A DNA stretch of 64,000 bases. Source: Patescibacteria group bacterium. Lineage in GTDB: Bacteria > Patescibacteriota > Saccharimonadia > CAILAD01 > JADZBC01. Shown piece by piece: positions 52,615 to 62,769 of the stretch. Each line of letters begins with the position of its first letter. Positions within the stretch are counted from its first letter, which is position 1. Position numbers and translations under genes: made by a program. The notes under the pieces were generated by a model. It was not told the DNA's origin, did no database searches, and saw nothing but the letters and a program-made list of their open reading frames with translations. The stretch lies in NCBI GenBank assembly GCA_052034495.1, contig JBPOIL010000012.1, positions 13,644 through 77,643 of the forward strand, written 5' to 3'.

Positions 52615-53045
52615 AGACATTTAGCTTAAAACCTCAGGACGCAAAACAGGGCTGGGTAGAGATTGACGCAGCCGGAAAGACTCTTGGCAGACTATCTACT
52701 GAAGTCGCAACTCGATTGATGGGAAAGAACAAGCCAGAGTATACCGCGCACGTTGTTTGTGGCGACAAGGTTATCGTTACCAACTGTGTTCAAATCAAAG
52801 TAACCGGCAACAAGCTAACGGATAAAATGTATTACTCACATAGTGGCTATCCTGGCGGAATTAAGGAGATTGCCCTCAAGGATCTTCTAATAAAAGACCC
52901 TACACTCGTCATACGCCACTCTGTTAAGGGTATGCTACCGAAGAACAAGCTAGCTGCAGATATGCTAAAGAACTTGAAGCTGTATGCAGGCTCTGAACAT
53001 GGCCACGCGGCGCAGGCAGGATCAATAACTAAGGTGGAAGTATAA
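52611..53045 (+). CDS. rplM: 50S ribosomal protein L13
   Basis: IDA.GKTLGRL, HSGYPGG, VKGMLPKN. Confidence 0.97.
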   Translation: MKTFSLKPQDAKQGWVEIDAAGKTLGRLSTEVATRLMGKNKPEYTAHVVCGDKVIVTNCVQIKVTGNKLTDKMYYSHSGYPGGIKEIALKDLLIKDPTLVIRHSVKGMLPKNKLAADMLKNLKLYAGSEHGHAAQAGSITKVEV

Positions 53046-53046
53046 T

Positions 53047-53463
53047 ATGGCAACTGAAACAACAACCAAGAAGCAAGCACACTATTATCCTGGTGTTGGC
53101 CGACGTAAGGCTGCCGTGGCAACAGCACGACTTGAAGCTGGTAAGGGTAAGATCACCGTTAATGGTAAATCACTCGAAGAATACGCAAACAACGCCACAT
53201 TGGCAGCGATTATCACTCAACCACTCGAGTTAGTTGGTAAGCAGAAAGAATCAGATGTGAACGTGCGCGTAAGCGGCGGCGGTAAGACCGGACAGGTCGA
53301 GGCAATCCGTTTGGCAATTGCACGCGCACTGAACAGTATGAGTGATGACTTTCACGTTTCTCTACGCAAGGCAGGATTCTTGACACGAGATGCCCGCAAG
53401 AAAGAGCGCAAAAAGTACGGACTCAAGAAGGCTCGTAAGGCGCCGCAGTTTAGTAAGCGTTAA
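53047..53463 (+). CDS. rpsI: 30S ribosomal protein S9
   Basis: GRRK, GGGKTGQ, ERKKYGLKKARKAPQFSKR. Confidence 0.98.
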   Translation: MATETTTKKQAHYYPGVGRRKAAVATARLEAGKGKITVNGKSLEEYANNATLAAIITQPLELVGKQKESDVNVRVSGGGKTGQVEAIRLAIARALNSMSDDFHVSLRKAGFLTRDARKKERKKYGLKKARKAPQFSKR

Positions 53464-53486
53464 GCACTACGGGGCATATCTCCATG

Positions 53487-53518
53487 CACAATACGAGGCT
53501 TTATGGCCTCGTATTGTG
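53487..53518 (+). terminator. Terminator of the ribosomal protein operon
   Basis: CACAATACGAGGC-tttatg-GCCTCGTATTGTG. Confidence 0.8.
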
Positions 53519-53614
53519 TTAAGGGTAAGCAGCTGGAAGAGTGGTGTCGGGGTGCAACGGAATGTATACTTAAACGTAAGTTGAACAAATTAGCCAAAGG
53601 GGAGAATAGCTAGA

Positions 53615-54523
53615 GTGACGATAATTGACGAAAGCATGGTAGGACAGCGCCTTGATAGTACCTTGGCCCAAAGTCATGTGGACTATTCCAGACAAGATTG
53701 GCATAATTACATCTCGCTAGGTCTCGTCACTATCAACGGAAGGGCCGTGAAGCCAGCGTACAGAGTCCAGTTAGGGGATGAGCTGTCCGTAGTGGAGGTA
53801 GAAGGTCATGTGGCAAAAAACGCCGTAGAGCAGCCTCCTGCGGCATATCGCGGACCAGATATACCGGTCGTGTACGAGGATGGCAACATCATCGTTATTA
53901 GTAAACCGGCGGGCGTCGTTGCGCATGGAGGTGACGGTGTGCCATATGAAGATTCTGTCGCAGCTTGCTTTGCGGACAGGATCGAGCAAGATGGCTCACA
54001 GAGGGCCGGTATTGTTCATAGACTTGATAAGGATACGTCGGGCGTCATGGTATTGGCTCGTACTCTGGCTGCCAGTGAAGATCTTAAGGACCAGTTTAAA
54101 TCACGAAGCGTAGATAAGTCTTATACGGCTCTCGTTTGGGGCTGCATGCAGCAGTCAACCGCTAGGGTCGAGCTGCCGCTTGCAAGACATCATTCAATTC
54201 CTACTCAGATGTCCGTATCCCCCGATGGCAAGATGGCCGTTACCGAATATAGTGTAGAGAAGGAGTATAGAGATTACTCACTGCTAGACATACGGCTCCT
54301 GACGGGAAGGATGCATCAGATTCGTGTCCACATGAATTATTTAGGCAACCCTGTCGTCGGGGATGCTACTTATGGCCGTCGGCCTGTACCTGAGGGCCTA
54401 TCTAGGCAGTTTTTGCACGCGCGACGTATAAGCTTTAAGGTTCCCGGCGGGGCACTAGAAAGTTTTGAGGCGCCGCTTCCAGCCGACCTAAAGGCCTTCC
54501 TGGAGGGGCTTGAACGTGCTTGA
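53615..54523 (+). CDS. RluA/RluD-family pseudouridine synthase
   Basis: N-terminal S4 domain, KPAG, HRLDKDTSG, TGRMHQIRVH, GDATYG. Confidence 0.93.
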   Translation: MTIIDESMVGQRLDSTLAQSHVDYSRQDWHNYISLGLVTINGRAVKPAYRVQLGDELSVVEVEGHVAKNAVEQPPAAYRGPDIPVVYEDGNIIVISKPAGVVAHGGDGVPYEDSVAACFADRIEQDGSQRAGIVHRLDKDTSGVMVLARTLAASEDLKDQFKSRSVDKSYTALVWGCMQQSTARVELPLARHHSIPTQMSVSPDGKMAVTEYSVEKEYRDYSLLDIRLLTGRMHQIRVHMNYLGNPVVGDATYGRRPVPEGLSRQFLHARRISFKVPGGALESFEAPLPADLKAFLEGLERA

Positions 54524-55292
54524 GTACATTGCACATCCATCTACGAGGTCACAGCTAGAGGCCATTGCCCTCAATCCAAGTCATGCCTACGTTTTTAGTG
54601 GACCAAAGTATGTATATAAGCAGCGCGCGGCAGAGGAAATCGCTTTAAGCTTAGCCGGTGCCAAGAGCATTGATGACCCTAATATTGTTGTTGTCTCAGC
54701 CGACGAGGATGGGGGGAGGCTAAAAATATCGCATATTAAGGCTGCGCTCGACCAGCTGGTTCGGACTGCTTATCGCGAAACAGCCCACCGAGTGGTGCTT
54801 GTAGCTGCTGCCGAAGCAATGACCCCAGATGCGTCCAACGCGCTTCTAAAGAATTTAGAAGAACCTCGTGACGGAGTTGTATTTATACTCGTTACAAACG
54901 CAGCTCATGCCTTACTGCCGACAATCCGATCGCGAACTCAACAGATCAATTTCTACGCTGGTAGCTTGGACCAAGGAGGTTTACCACCACGCTTGAGTGA
55001 AGAGCTTAAGAGCTCTCCCGAACTTGCCGAACGCCATGCTGGGGCTCGCACTATGGCGGATGACTTTATAAAGGGCGACATTAGTAGCCGCTTCTTGATT
55101 GCTAAACAAACTCACGAGATCGGCCTTTCTGTGGATCTACTTGGATATATTGCTGATGCATTAAGGGCCGAGGGCATTACTTCTGCCACAGAGGCTTCAC
55201 TGGAAGCTGTCATCCGAGCTGAGGACAATCTAGCGCGCAATGTGAGTGACAGGCTTTGTATTGAGTATCTGGGGATGGAGATGGCCTTATGA
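54510..55292 (+). CDS. holB: DNA polymerase III delta' subunit (short, degenerate Walker A)
   Basis: HAYVFSGP, ASNALLKNLEEP, LLPTIRSR. Confidence 0.82.
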   Translation: MNVLEYIAHPSTRSQLEAIALNPSHAYVFSGPKYVYKQRAAEEIALSLAGAKSIDDPNIVVVSADEDGGRLKISHIKAALDQLVRTAYRETAHRVVLVAAAEAMTPDASNALLKNLEEPRDGVVFILVTNAAHALLPTIRSRTQQINFYAGSLDQGGLPPRLSEELKSSPELAERHAGARTMADDFIKGDISSRFLIAKQTHEIGLSVDLLGYIADALRAEGITSATEASLEAVIRAEDNLARNVSDRLCIEYLGMEMAL

Positions 55293-55969
55293 TTGCCGAG
55301 CTCGCACTAGTTATCATGGCGACGGTATTTTGTTGGACTATTATTCGCCGGGGTGACTCACTTACGAATTCATCCATTACGGGCTTCATGACAGGGAAGC
55401 CAATGAGTCATGATGAGCGAGTCGCGAGGTTGATTAACTTGGCGGACCGCTATTATAGCGAACATAAATACATACCCGCCGAGAGGGCGTATCTGCGAAT
55501 TTTACGCTTAGATCACCGTAATACACACGCCTATAACAGGCTCGGCTTTATTTACACACAGCTCAACAATGCCCCGGACGCATTGGAATGCTTCAAGATC
55601 GTAGCAGACCAAAAGCCAAGTGCGGCCCACTATCACAACTACGCCATGGCACTGTTCAAGAACCGCGAGTTCAGGCAAGCTGCAGATGTTTTAATCAAAG
55701 CAAATGGAATAGAAAAGACGCAAACTAGACTCATAAGCTTAGCGCGTATTTATCGTATCCTTGGCGAATACGATAAGCAGGCGGCTACTTTGGAAGAGGC
55801 TTTGGAGCTGCAGGGCGGAGATAGTATCGAGATCCTGCACTTACTTGCGGAGACGCACTTGCACAACAAAGACCTCGTTGCTGCAAAGGCTGTATTTAAG
55901 AGGATTCTAAAGCTTGAGCCTGACAACATGAGGGCTAGGCAGGTGTTAAGCCAACCCGCCCAATCTTGA
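55289..55969 (+). CDS. Membrane-anchored TPR protein
   Basis: N-terminal TM segment; repeated TPR patterns (AYNRLGFIY, HLLAETHL...ILKLEPDN). Confidence 0.82.
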   Translation: MIAELALVIMATVFCWTIIRRGDSLTNSSITGFMTGKPMSHDERVARLINLADRYYSEHKYIPAERAYLRILRLDHRNTHAYNRLGFIYTQLNNAPDALECFKIVADQKPSAAHYHNYAMALFKNREFRQAADVLIKANGIEKTQTRLISLARIYRILGEYDKQAATLEEALELQGGDSIEILHLLAETHLHNKDLVAAKAVFKRILKLEPDNMRARQVLSQPAQS

Positions 55970-56036
55970 ACGCTAAGCATAAAAATGCTAAACTGAAGCC
56001 TGCATTTAGGCTTAACTTGTTTCGTGAGTTCTTTAT

Positions 56037-56110
56037 GCCCCTATAGCTCAATGGTAGAGCAGCGGTTTTGTAAACCGTCGATGCGGGTTCGATTCCCTCT
56101 AGGGGCTCCA
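56037..56110 (+). tRNA. tRNA-Thr (TGT)
   Basis: GCCCCTA/TAGGGGC acceptor stem, ttTGTaa loop, CCA. Confidence 0.93.
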
Positions 56111-56121
56111 GTTAGTAACTC

Positions 56122-56207
56122 GCAGGGGTACCGAAGTGGCCAACCGGGGCAGACTGTAAATCTGCTGACATTCGTCTTCGGGGGTTCGAATCCCTCCCCC
56201 TGCACCA
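56122..56207 (+). tRNA. tRNA-Tyr (GTA)
   Basis: GCAGA-ctGTAaa-TCTGC anticodon arm, long variable arm, CCA. Confidence 0.96.
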
Positions 56208-56227
56208 TGTATTATCTAAGCCCGTTT

Positions 56228-56302
<75 letters not shown>

Positions 56303-56309
56303 TGCAATT

Positions 56310-56510
56310 ATGAAGAAAAAAGAACTTACATTATCTAAAGACAAAAAAGCCCTCGGCGTAGCGGGCGGAATTGCTGAATACTTTGATACCGATCCTGCTT
56401 GGGTTCGAATTATCGCGCTTATTTTTATTGTCGCAACTGGCTTGGTGCCTGGTTTGATTGTGTACTTTATTATTGGTAAGGCCATAATCCCCGAGGGAAA
56501 AAAGAAGTGA
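56310..56510 (+). CDS. PspC domain protein
   Basis: [18 protein letters not shown]...Y......IP pattern. Confidence 0.85.
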   Translation: MKKKELTLSKDKKALGVAGGIAEYFDTDPAWVRIIALIFIVATGLVPGLIVYFIIGKAIIPEGKKK

Positions 56511-56668
56511 CCGAGCGTAAGCAGCGAATCATGGTGGCGCTTGAATGCAGTACTTGTGGCAGCAAGAATTATCGTACGAGTAAGAACCGCGCTAAAGCTG
56601 AGCGCCTGGAGCTCAAGAAGTTTTGCCGCAAGTGTAATAAGCTGACCCTTCACAAAGAGTCTCGCTAG
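56507..56668 (+). CDS. rpmG: 50S ribosomal protein L33 (zinc-binding type)
   Basis: Hand-translated [53 protein letters not shown]. Confidence 0.94.
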   Translation: MTERKQRIMVALECSTCGSKNYRTSKNRAKAERLELKKFCRKCNKLTLHKESR

Positions 56669-56715
56669 GTATAAAAGCACCTAGTTTTCTGCTAAAATAG
56701 GCGAGTTACAAATAA

Positions 56716-56792
56716 AGGGGTGTAGCTCAGATGGCTAGAGCGTCGGTCTCCAAAACCGAAGGCCGCGGGTTCGATTCCTGCCACCCCTGCCA
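56716..56792 (+). tRNA. tRNA-Trp (CCA)
   Basis: AGGGGTG/CACCCCT acceptor stem, TCGGT-ctCCAaa-ACCGA, CCA end. Confidence 0.96.
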
Positions 56793-56864
56793 AGCAATCA
56801 TACGCTACCATATAAAGCCCCGAGAGGGGTTTTATGCTATCATATGTCATATATAGGAGGGTGT

Positions 56865-57836
56865 ATGACAGGGACAGGAGAATTGGGTCAAGATAAAAAG
56901 AGGTTTGTGCCATCGTTAGACCCAGGGATATTAGAGACGGACTCAAATGAGGGTAACGAAGGCAAGGCTGAAAAGCTAGGTCATAAGCCGGTAACTACAA
57001 TTGATGTACGCCGTCATAGCGACTACGATGGTGGATTTCCAGATGCAGGTTGGGGTAAGCCTACGGAAGAGGAACAACAAAAACTTGGGCACTTAACCGA
57101 GCAAGGCATCGAGAATGCTACTCGCGTAGCCAGAGAGATAGTCGGCAGGAGGCTTGATGAGTCTGGAGATGATGTTGACTTTTTAGTTATAGCAAGCCCT
57201 ACCCACTGGCTTGGAGACGAGCAGCTTGGGCAAAGGGCCATCGAGACAGGAAAGATATACTCAGACGAGATCAAGCGTCAACTTGAAGAAAGAGGCTTGT
57301 CGAGTGACCACTTGATCAATACCACTCAGCCTAAAGCCTTAGAGCACGAGGTCGGCGACGTAAGGGTCGGCAGGAAGATGGTTGAAGCACAGATTTTTGA
57401 TGACCCCGCGGCACTAGACGTAATTGATGAACTCCGTGCTAAATATGGGGGTCAAGGTACGGAGTTTTGGGATGCATGGTATGCCGGCGATGATAGTGAA
57501 GCCCTTGATTCTGTAGGAGCCGAGAGCTCTACTGATGCTGCGGACCGAGCAGACAAAATGATAGAAGCCATTGTTCGCTACGGTAAGATTTATAACACGA
57601 AGACGGGCAGGAGCCTAGCAGTAATAGTCCTAACTCACCATGAAATTTTACAGCCCTATGCGCTACACAAGCTTGGGGTTTCTCAGCAAGAGTTCGTACC
57701 CGGTAAAAACGATGGGTTTGAGATAAGAGTCGAGGATGAAAGGGCAGTTGTATCAATTGCTGGCCACGAGATTGAGCGGACATCAAGACGCGAGAGAAGG
57801 TCTGGTGAGAGCCCGGACGTTGCCGAAGTAGATTAG
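56865..57836 (+). CDS. Histidine phosphatase (phosphoglycerate mutase-like) family protein
   Basis: RRHS, LTEQG, IASP...RAIETG, VLTHHE motifs; AGGAGG SD before ATG 56865. Confidence 0.7.
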   Translation: MTGTGELGQDKKRFVPSLDPGILETDSNEGNEGKAEKLGHKPVTTIDVRRHSDYDGGFPDAGWGKPTEEEQQKLGHLTEQGIENATRVAREIVGRRLDESGDDVDFLVIASPTHWLGDEQLGQRAIETGKIYSDEIKRQLEERGLSSDHLINTTQPKALEHEVGDVRVGRKMVEAQIFDDPAALDVIDELRAKYGGQGTEFWDAWYAGDDSEALDSVGAESSTDAADRADKMIEAIVRYGKIYNTKTGRSLAVIVLTHHEILQPYALHKLGVSQQEFVPGKNDGFEIRVEDERAVVSIAGHEIERTSRRERRSGESPDVAEVD

Positions 57837-57849
57837 GTAATCCATCTAT

Positions 57850-59379
57850 ATGACCCCCACTAAGAAATTCAAGCAACTAGTGTTTATTAAAGCGATGGAG
57901 ATAAATGGGATATCTCCACTACCGCACTATTTCGAGGAGATCTATACGAACCGGACAGGTATAAGAAAGCTTGGCTTACGTGGTGATGAGAATTACTTAT
58001 TCCATAGTGTGAATGGGCTTGGGGCTGGCTACTACGAGCGGCATGAGATGGAGTTATCTGCTCAATCCGTCTATAAGTTTTTTCAGACAAAGCAGCACCG
58101 TGTCGACTTCTTTAAGAAGATAGAGAGGCTTCTGCAGGATCTCCATGTTTTTAGCGAGATGCTAGATGAGGAAGACCTCTCAGCGCTAAGCGACAAGCAG
58201 ATAGCTCAATATTTTCTTGAGGCTAACCGTATGCATGGTAGGGCTTTTTCCCTGTACATCGTTAGCCAACCATATAGGATGGCCATTTTCGAGAAGAATC
58301 TTAGGTATGAATTGGGGAAGAGGGTTGCTGCAAGTCGCATAGACTCGTATTTGGCTGAGCTTGCGACTTCAGAGAAGCCTACGAAGGTCACTGCTGAAGA
58401 GCTTGATTGGCTTCGCTTCCTGATAAAATACAAAACTAAGTACGGCAATAGCTTAAGTCTTTCCGGTCTTCGAGAGAGCAAGCCTGATATGTACAGTGAC
58501 TTAGTTAGCCATTTCGAGAAGTATAGGACTCTCACGCTTGGCGATGGTAATTGGACATATGATATAAAACATTACCTGAACAACTTGAAGAACGATTACC
58601 CAAAAGACCTAAAGGACCTTAAGAAGAGCCTAAATGAAAGGTCCGGCTATCCTGGCTTTGTAAAAGCTCGTCGCAATTTGCTTATAAGTGAGCTTTATCT
58701 GACTCAGGAAACCGTCGATGACCTCGCTTTTTTGGCGGACATAGGCCATACTCGCCTCGTCATGAGGATTGATGGCTGGTTGCCATTTGTATCTACGATT
58801 ATTAAGTTAGACATCGAGCTTTCTAAAAGACTAGATGTGGGGGATGTACTTAACTATATGACCGAAGAAGAGCTGGTAGCCCTGGCCGAGAATGGAGATA
58901 TGGTGCCCGAGAGAGAACTGCTCGCGCGGAAAAAAACTGGGGAGTTCCTCATCCTGAATGACCATGGCTCGTACAGAATTTTTTATGGCGCAGAGGCAAA
59001 TAAGAAGTTTAAATCTCTAGTACCCGAGGTCGATCATGCAGCTATCACGGAGCTCAAAGGCTCAACCGCTGTAATGGGTAAAATTACAGGGAAGGCATGT
59101 GTATACCGATGGGATGATAACTTAGAGAAGAAGCTCGAAGTCATTAAGAAAAACCCAATCCTAATTACTGGTCAGACGCGACCCTCCATGATGCCTATCA
59201 TCCGTCTTGCGAAGGGGATCGCCACCGATGAGGGTGGTGTTACTTCTCACGCCGCCATAGTGTCACGGGAGCTTGGCATACCGGCAGTCATTGGTACGGT
59301 CCACGCTACTAAGGTTTTCAAGGACGGAGACCTAGTGGAGATTGATGCGGACAACGGAGTAGTGAGGAAACTGTCATGA
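57850..59379 (+). CDS. PEP-utilising enzyme phospho-His swivel domain fused to a large helical N-terminal domain
   Basis: C-terminal TDEGGVTSHAAIVSRELGIPAVIG. Confidence 0.85.
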   Translation: MTPTKKFKQLVFIKAMEINGISPLPHYFEEIYTNRTGIRKLGLRGDENYLFHSVNGLGAGYYERHEMELSAQSVYKFFQTKQHRVDFFKKIERLLQDLHVFSEMLDEEDLSALSDKQIAQYFLEANRMHGRAFSLYIVSQPYRMAIFEKNLRYELGKRVAASRIDSYLAELATSEKPTKVTAEELDWLRFLIKYKTKYGNSLSLSGLRESKPDMYSDLVSHFEKYRTLTLGDGNWTYDIKHYLNNLKNDYPKDLKDLKKSLNERSGYPGFVKARRNLLISELYLTQETVDDLAFLADIGHTRLVMRIDGWLPFVSTIIKLDIELSKRLDVGDVLNYMTEEELVALAENGDMVPERELLARKKTGEFLILNDHGSYRIFYGAEANKKFKSLVPEVDHAAITELKGSTAVMGKITGKACVYRWDDNLEKKLEVIKKNPILITGQTRPSMMPIIRLAKGIATDEGGVTSHAAIVSRELGIPAVIGTVHATKVFKDGDLVEIDADNGVVRKLS

Positions 59380-60212
59380 AATACATATCCCCATTTAGTA
59401 GGATTTCAAAGAAGGATTCCATGGTATATGGGGGGAAGGTTGCTTCTCTCGGTGAAATGTATTCAGCTGGCATCCCGGTACCAAACGGGTTTGGGGTGTC
59501 AATTGAAGCTCATAGAGAATTGGGGGGCAAGCCCTTTACAGATGAGTTTAGGCAGGACCTCCAGAGCGCGCTTAACGAGCTGGGGCATGACCGTGTTGCA
59601 GTTCGTTCATCCGCTGTCGCAGAGGATGCAGCGGATGCTTCATGGGCTGGCCAGCTGGAGACGTATTTGAACGTCGATGCAGATGGCCTTGAAGATGCTA
59701 TCAGGAAGTGCTGGAAATCTGTCGATGCAAGTCATGTTAAGGCATATGCAAAAGGTAAGAAGCTAGGTAAAGACAGTCTGCTGGTTGGCGTCGTAGTTCA
59801 AGGCATGGTGGACAGCGAGGCTTCTGGCGTTATGTTTACCGTCAACCCCGTTACTCACAGTAAGGGTGAACTCATGATTGAGGGCGCTTATGGGCTCGGA
59901 GAGACCGTAGTCCAGGGTATCGTAACTCCCGATAATTGGCTCGTTGATCGTAAGGACCATACTGTGTCGCATTTCGGTATACAGGTTAAGGAGAAGATGA
60001 TGATTTTTCAGAATGGCAAGAATGTCACGTTAGCAGTCCCTGATGCAATAGCCGATAGGGCTGTCTTGATGGAAGAGCAGGTACTTGAGCTGGCAGCGTT
60101 AGGTATTAAGATAGAGGATCATTATGGGGCTCCGCAAGATATCGAGTGGGCTCGCTCTAAGGGTGCTTTCTATATAGTACAGGCACGTCCGATCACAACT
60201 CTTGATTCTTAG
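59376..60212 (+). CDS. Stand-alone PEP synthase/pyruvate phosphate dikinase nucleotide-binding domain
   Basis: GGKVASLGEM, VPNGF, AVRSSA.AED, SWAGQ, GLGE, DIEW, VQARPIT. Confidence 0.9.
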   Translation: MKYISPFSRISKKDSMVYGGKVASLGEMYSAGIPVPNGFGVSIEAHRELGGKPFTDEFRQDLQSALNELGHDRVAVRSSAVAEDAADASWAGQLETYLNVDADGLEDAIRKCWKSVDASHVKAYAKGKKLGKDSLLVGVVVQGMVDSEASGVMFTVNPVTHSKGELMIEGAYGLGETVVQGIVTPDNWLVDRKDHTVSHFGIQVKEKMMIFQNGKNVTLAVPDAIADRAVLMEEQVLELAALGIKIEDHYGAPQDIEWARSKGAFYIVQARPITTLDS

Positions 60213-60316
60213 CTTCATTCAATAACAGTGTAGGGCATGGCATGGCACGGAGGCCCTATACAGGCCGACAATTGTTCATGCTTATGCTACAATTGATAGG
60301 TAAAATGACTTAATTT

Positions 60317-61168
60317 ATGCGCGTAATTGCAAAGATTATTATTATCCTAACATCCCTGGCTCTTGTGTGCTTGGTTGGTGCGCACGTAATCACCAGTAGC
60401 GTTACGAACGAGGACTTGCTAAGCAAGCAGTTTGAGTCAGCAGGGGTGTACAGCCTGGGGGCAGAGTCCTTGCAGGAATCATTCCAGGAAAGCCTTAAGG
60501 CGGCTAACGTTTCTGACCCTGTTGTAGGCGAGATACTCGCAAAGAGTGTGACTGCAGAGGCAGTGGCGAGTGCTGCCAAACCTGTAATCGGTGAATTTAC
60601 CGACTGGATAGTCGCCAAGGGCGGGGAGGAGCTAAAACTAGCCTTGGATTTGACGAGTATTAAAAGCCAGATAGTACGGGAATCAAAACTCCGGGGAAGT
60701 ATCGAGACGAGCTTTGTGGTGACACGCGAAGTACCTGATAGTTTGAGTTTACTAGAGACGTCTAAAGCCGGCTCAAATTACGAAGGGCTACAGCAGGCGT
60801 ACCAGCGAGCCAATGCATTAGTTCTACCTTTGCTCGTAGGCGTGTTGGCAGGGATGGGTCTGCTCGTGCTGTTGGCGTTGCGCTTGCCCCACAAGCGCTT
60901 GGCCTGGCCAGGGTGGGTGTTGATTGCTGCCGCAGTTGTGGGCATCGTTCTGGTATATGCCACCCCCACACTCCTCGCCGCAACGATACTGAAAGAAGGA
61001 GCGGTGAACGCGGAGATTAATCGGATTAGCTTAGGACTGATCCGGGCGACACTGGATGCTTCACGGCTGTATTGGTATGTTCTTGCAGCTGCAGGAGCTG
61101 GCTTATTTGCGCTATCAATACCGCTGCAGCATCGCTACAATAAGCGACAGAAGAAAGGGCGGCACTAA
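60317..61168 (+). CDS. Hypothetical integral membrane protein
   Basis: N-terminal TM segment, extracytoplasmic region, three C-terminal TM segments. Confidence 0.75.
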   Translation: MRVIAKIIIILTSLALVCLVGAHVITSSVTNEDLLSKQFESAGVYSLGAESLQESFQESLKAANVSDPVVGEILAKSVTAEAVASAAKPVIGEFTDWIVAKGGEELKLALDLTSIKSQIVRESKLRGSIETSFVVTREVPDSLSLLETSKAGSNYEGLQQAYQRANALVLPLLVGVLAGMGLLVLLALRLPHKRLAWPGWVLIAAAVVGIVLVYATPTLLAATILKEGAVNAEINRISLGLIRATLDASRLYWYVLAAAGAGLFALSIPLQHRYNKRQKKGRH

Positions 61169-62769
61169 TGTCTTTTGATAGCTCCCAATACCTAAGAAAA
61201 CTATACGACGGAACCTCGAGTAGGCTACGCTGGCAGATTATTGCATTGGTTGCAGCAACGTATTTGTTTGTTGGGAAAAACATTGGAGCTGTTACTGCAA
61301 TACTAATCGTCGCATCGGCCTATAACGCTTTTACATATACCGCGTGGGCGGCGCGGCACGACGTCATAGGGACTAAATGGTTCGATATCACCACCAACTT
61401 CACCCTGATTGCCTTACTCGTTCTATGTACGGGAGGTCTTGCAAGCCCGTATGGGCCGCTTGTGCTCGTTATTATCCTGGTTGCTAGCTATTGGTATGGT
61501 TATACGGGCCTGGGCTATGTCATGGCTCTATTGCTCGCTTATTGGGCTCTTATGCTCTTTCAGAACCCTATCTACGACTTATCACATGCAATCTTTGGTG
61601 TGTTCTCGATTATCTTAGGGGATTATACTGTTCGATTGGGCAAACTTACTCGTAGCGAGCAGGAGAGGATCGATCGTGACACCAACGCGTTAATGCAGCA
61701 GCGCAAGAGGCTCTTTAGTCTCGTAAACGGCCTCTCGCAGGCAATCTTTGTTGTCGACAAGGATGGAAAGATCATTGTGTATAACGGTGCGGCCTTGGAG
61801 CTTCTAGACACTCACTACGAGATTGAACGCCTACCTGCGGTAGAGGTCGTACACTTATGTGATGAGGCTGGCTCGCAGGTTTTCCCAATTCAGCATTCTC
61901 TTTCTTCTGGAGAAATGTTCGCGAGCAGCGACTTGAAGCTAAAGGTTAACGAGACCACAACGCTCGATGTGTATACAAGCATTACCCCTATGGTTGAGGA
62001 GGGCGAAAGAGTTGGCGCGCTATTACTCCTAAGGGATATTAGTGAGCAAAAAACGCTCGATAGCCAGAAGGATGAGTTTATTTCTATCATATCTCATGAG
62101 TTACGAACTCCAGTAGCGATCGTGGAAGCCGACTTGTCTACGCTCATGTTGCCTAAGTTCGCCCAACTACCGGAGCATGCCAGCAAACTCCTTAATAATG
62201 CCTATCAGAACCTTACTTTCTTAGCGAGTTTATTAAAGGATCTATCAAATCTGGCTAGTTCCGAGCGCAGTCTGCTCGAAACAGAGTTGGCTCCATTGGA
62301 CCCTGTATCGTTTTGCCACGCGATGATCGACGGCATCCGGCCAAAAGCAGAGGAGCAGGGCTTGAAGCTCAAGTTTACTCATTCCACTGGACTCAAGAAG
62401 GTCACCACAAGCCCCCAGCGCGTAGAGGAAATACTAATGAACTTCATGACGAATGCCTTGAAATACAGCAGCCGCAAGAACTCCATCGTAGAGCTTCGTA
62501 TATCTCCATCCAAGATGTATCAGGGGGGTGTCTGCTTTAGCGTAAGCGACTCTGGCATAGGTATGAAGAAGAAGGATCAGGCCCAACTATTCACTAAGTT
62601 CTTCCGCTCCGAGAACCCTCAGGCACAGGCGGTCAAGGGAACCGGCATGGGGCTGTATATATCTAAAAAGCAGGCTGATAAGATCGGCGCAACAATCAGT
62701 TTGGAAAGTACATTCGGAAAGGGTAGTGTCTTTTCACTAGACGTCCCCCGTGACGTCAAGAAGGCTTAG
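61168..62769 (+). CDS. Membrane-bound PAS sensor histidine kinase
   Basis: Multiple TM segments, PAS domain, SHELRTP H-box, NALKY, DSGIG, GTGMGL. Confidence 0.92.
   Translation: MSFDSSQYLRKLYDGTSSRLRWQIIALVAATYLFVGKNIGAVTAILIVASAYNAFTYTAWAARHDVIGTKWFDITTNFTLIALLVLCTGGLASPYGPLVLVIILVASYWYGYTGLGYVMALLLAYWALMLFQNPIYDLSHAIFGVFSIILGDYTVRLGKLTRSEQERIDRDTNALMQQRKRLFSLVNGLSQAIFVVDKDGKIIVYNGAALELLDTHYEIERLPAVEVVHLCDEAGSQVFPIQHSLSSGEMFASSDLKLKVNETTTLDVYTSITPMVEEGERVGALLLLRDISEQKTLDSQKDEFISIISHELRTPVAIVEADLSTLMLPKFAQLPEHASKLLNNAYQNLTFLASLLKDLSNLASSERSLLETELAPLDPVSFCHAMIDGIRPKAEEQGLKLKFTHSTGLKKVTTSPQRVEEILMNFMTNALKYSSRKNSIVELRISPSKMYQGGVCFSVSDSGIGMKKKDQAQLFTKFFRSENPQAQAVKGTGMGLYISKKQADKIGATISLESTFGKGSVFSLDVPRDVKKA

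Noticed and set aside
56083-56099. C-U mismatch in the T-stem of tRNA-Thr(TGT) as a sign of pseudogenisation
   Set aside because: A single mismatch, with all other arms and the CCA intact
61168-62769. Orphan histidine kinase as a novel system
   Set aside because: Ordinary PAS-HisKA-HATPase architecture; the partner regulator may simply lie outside the window
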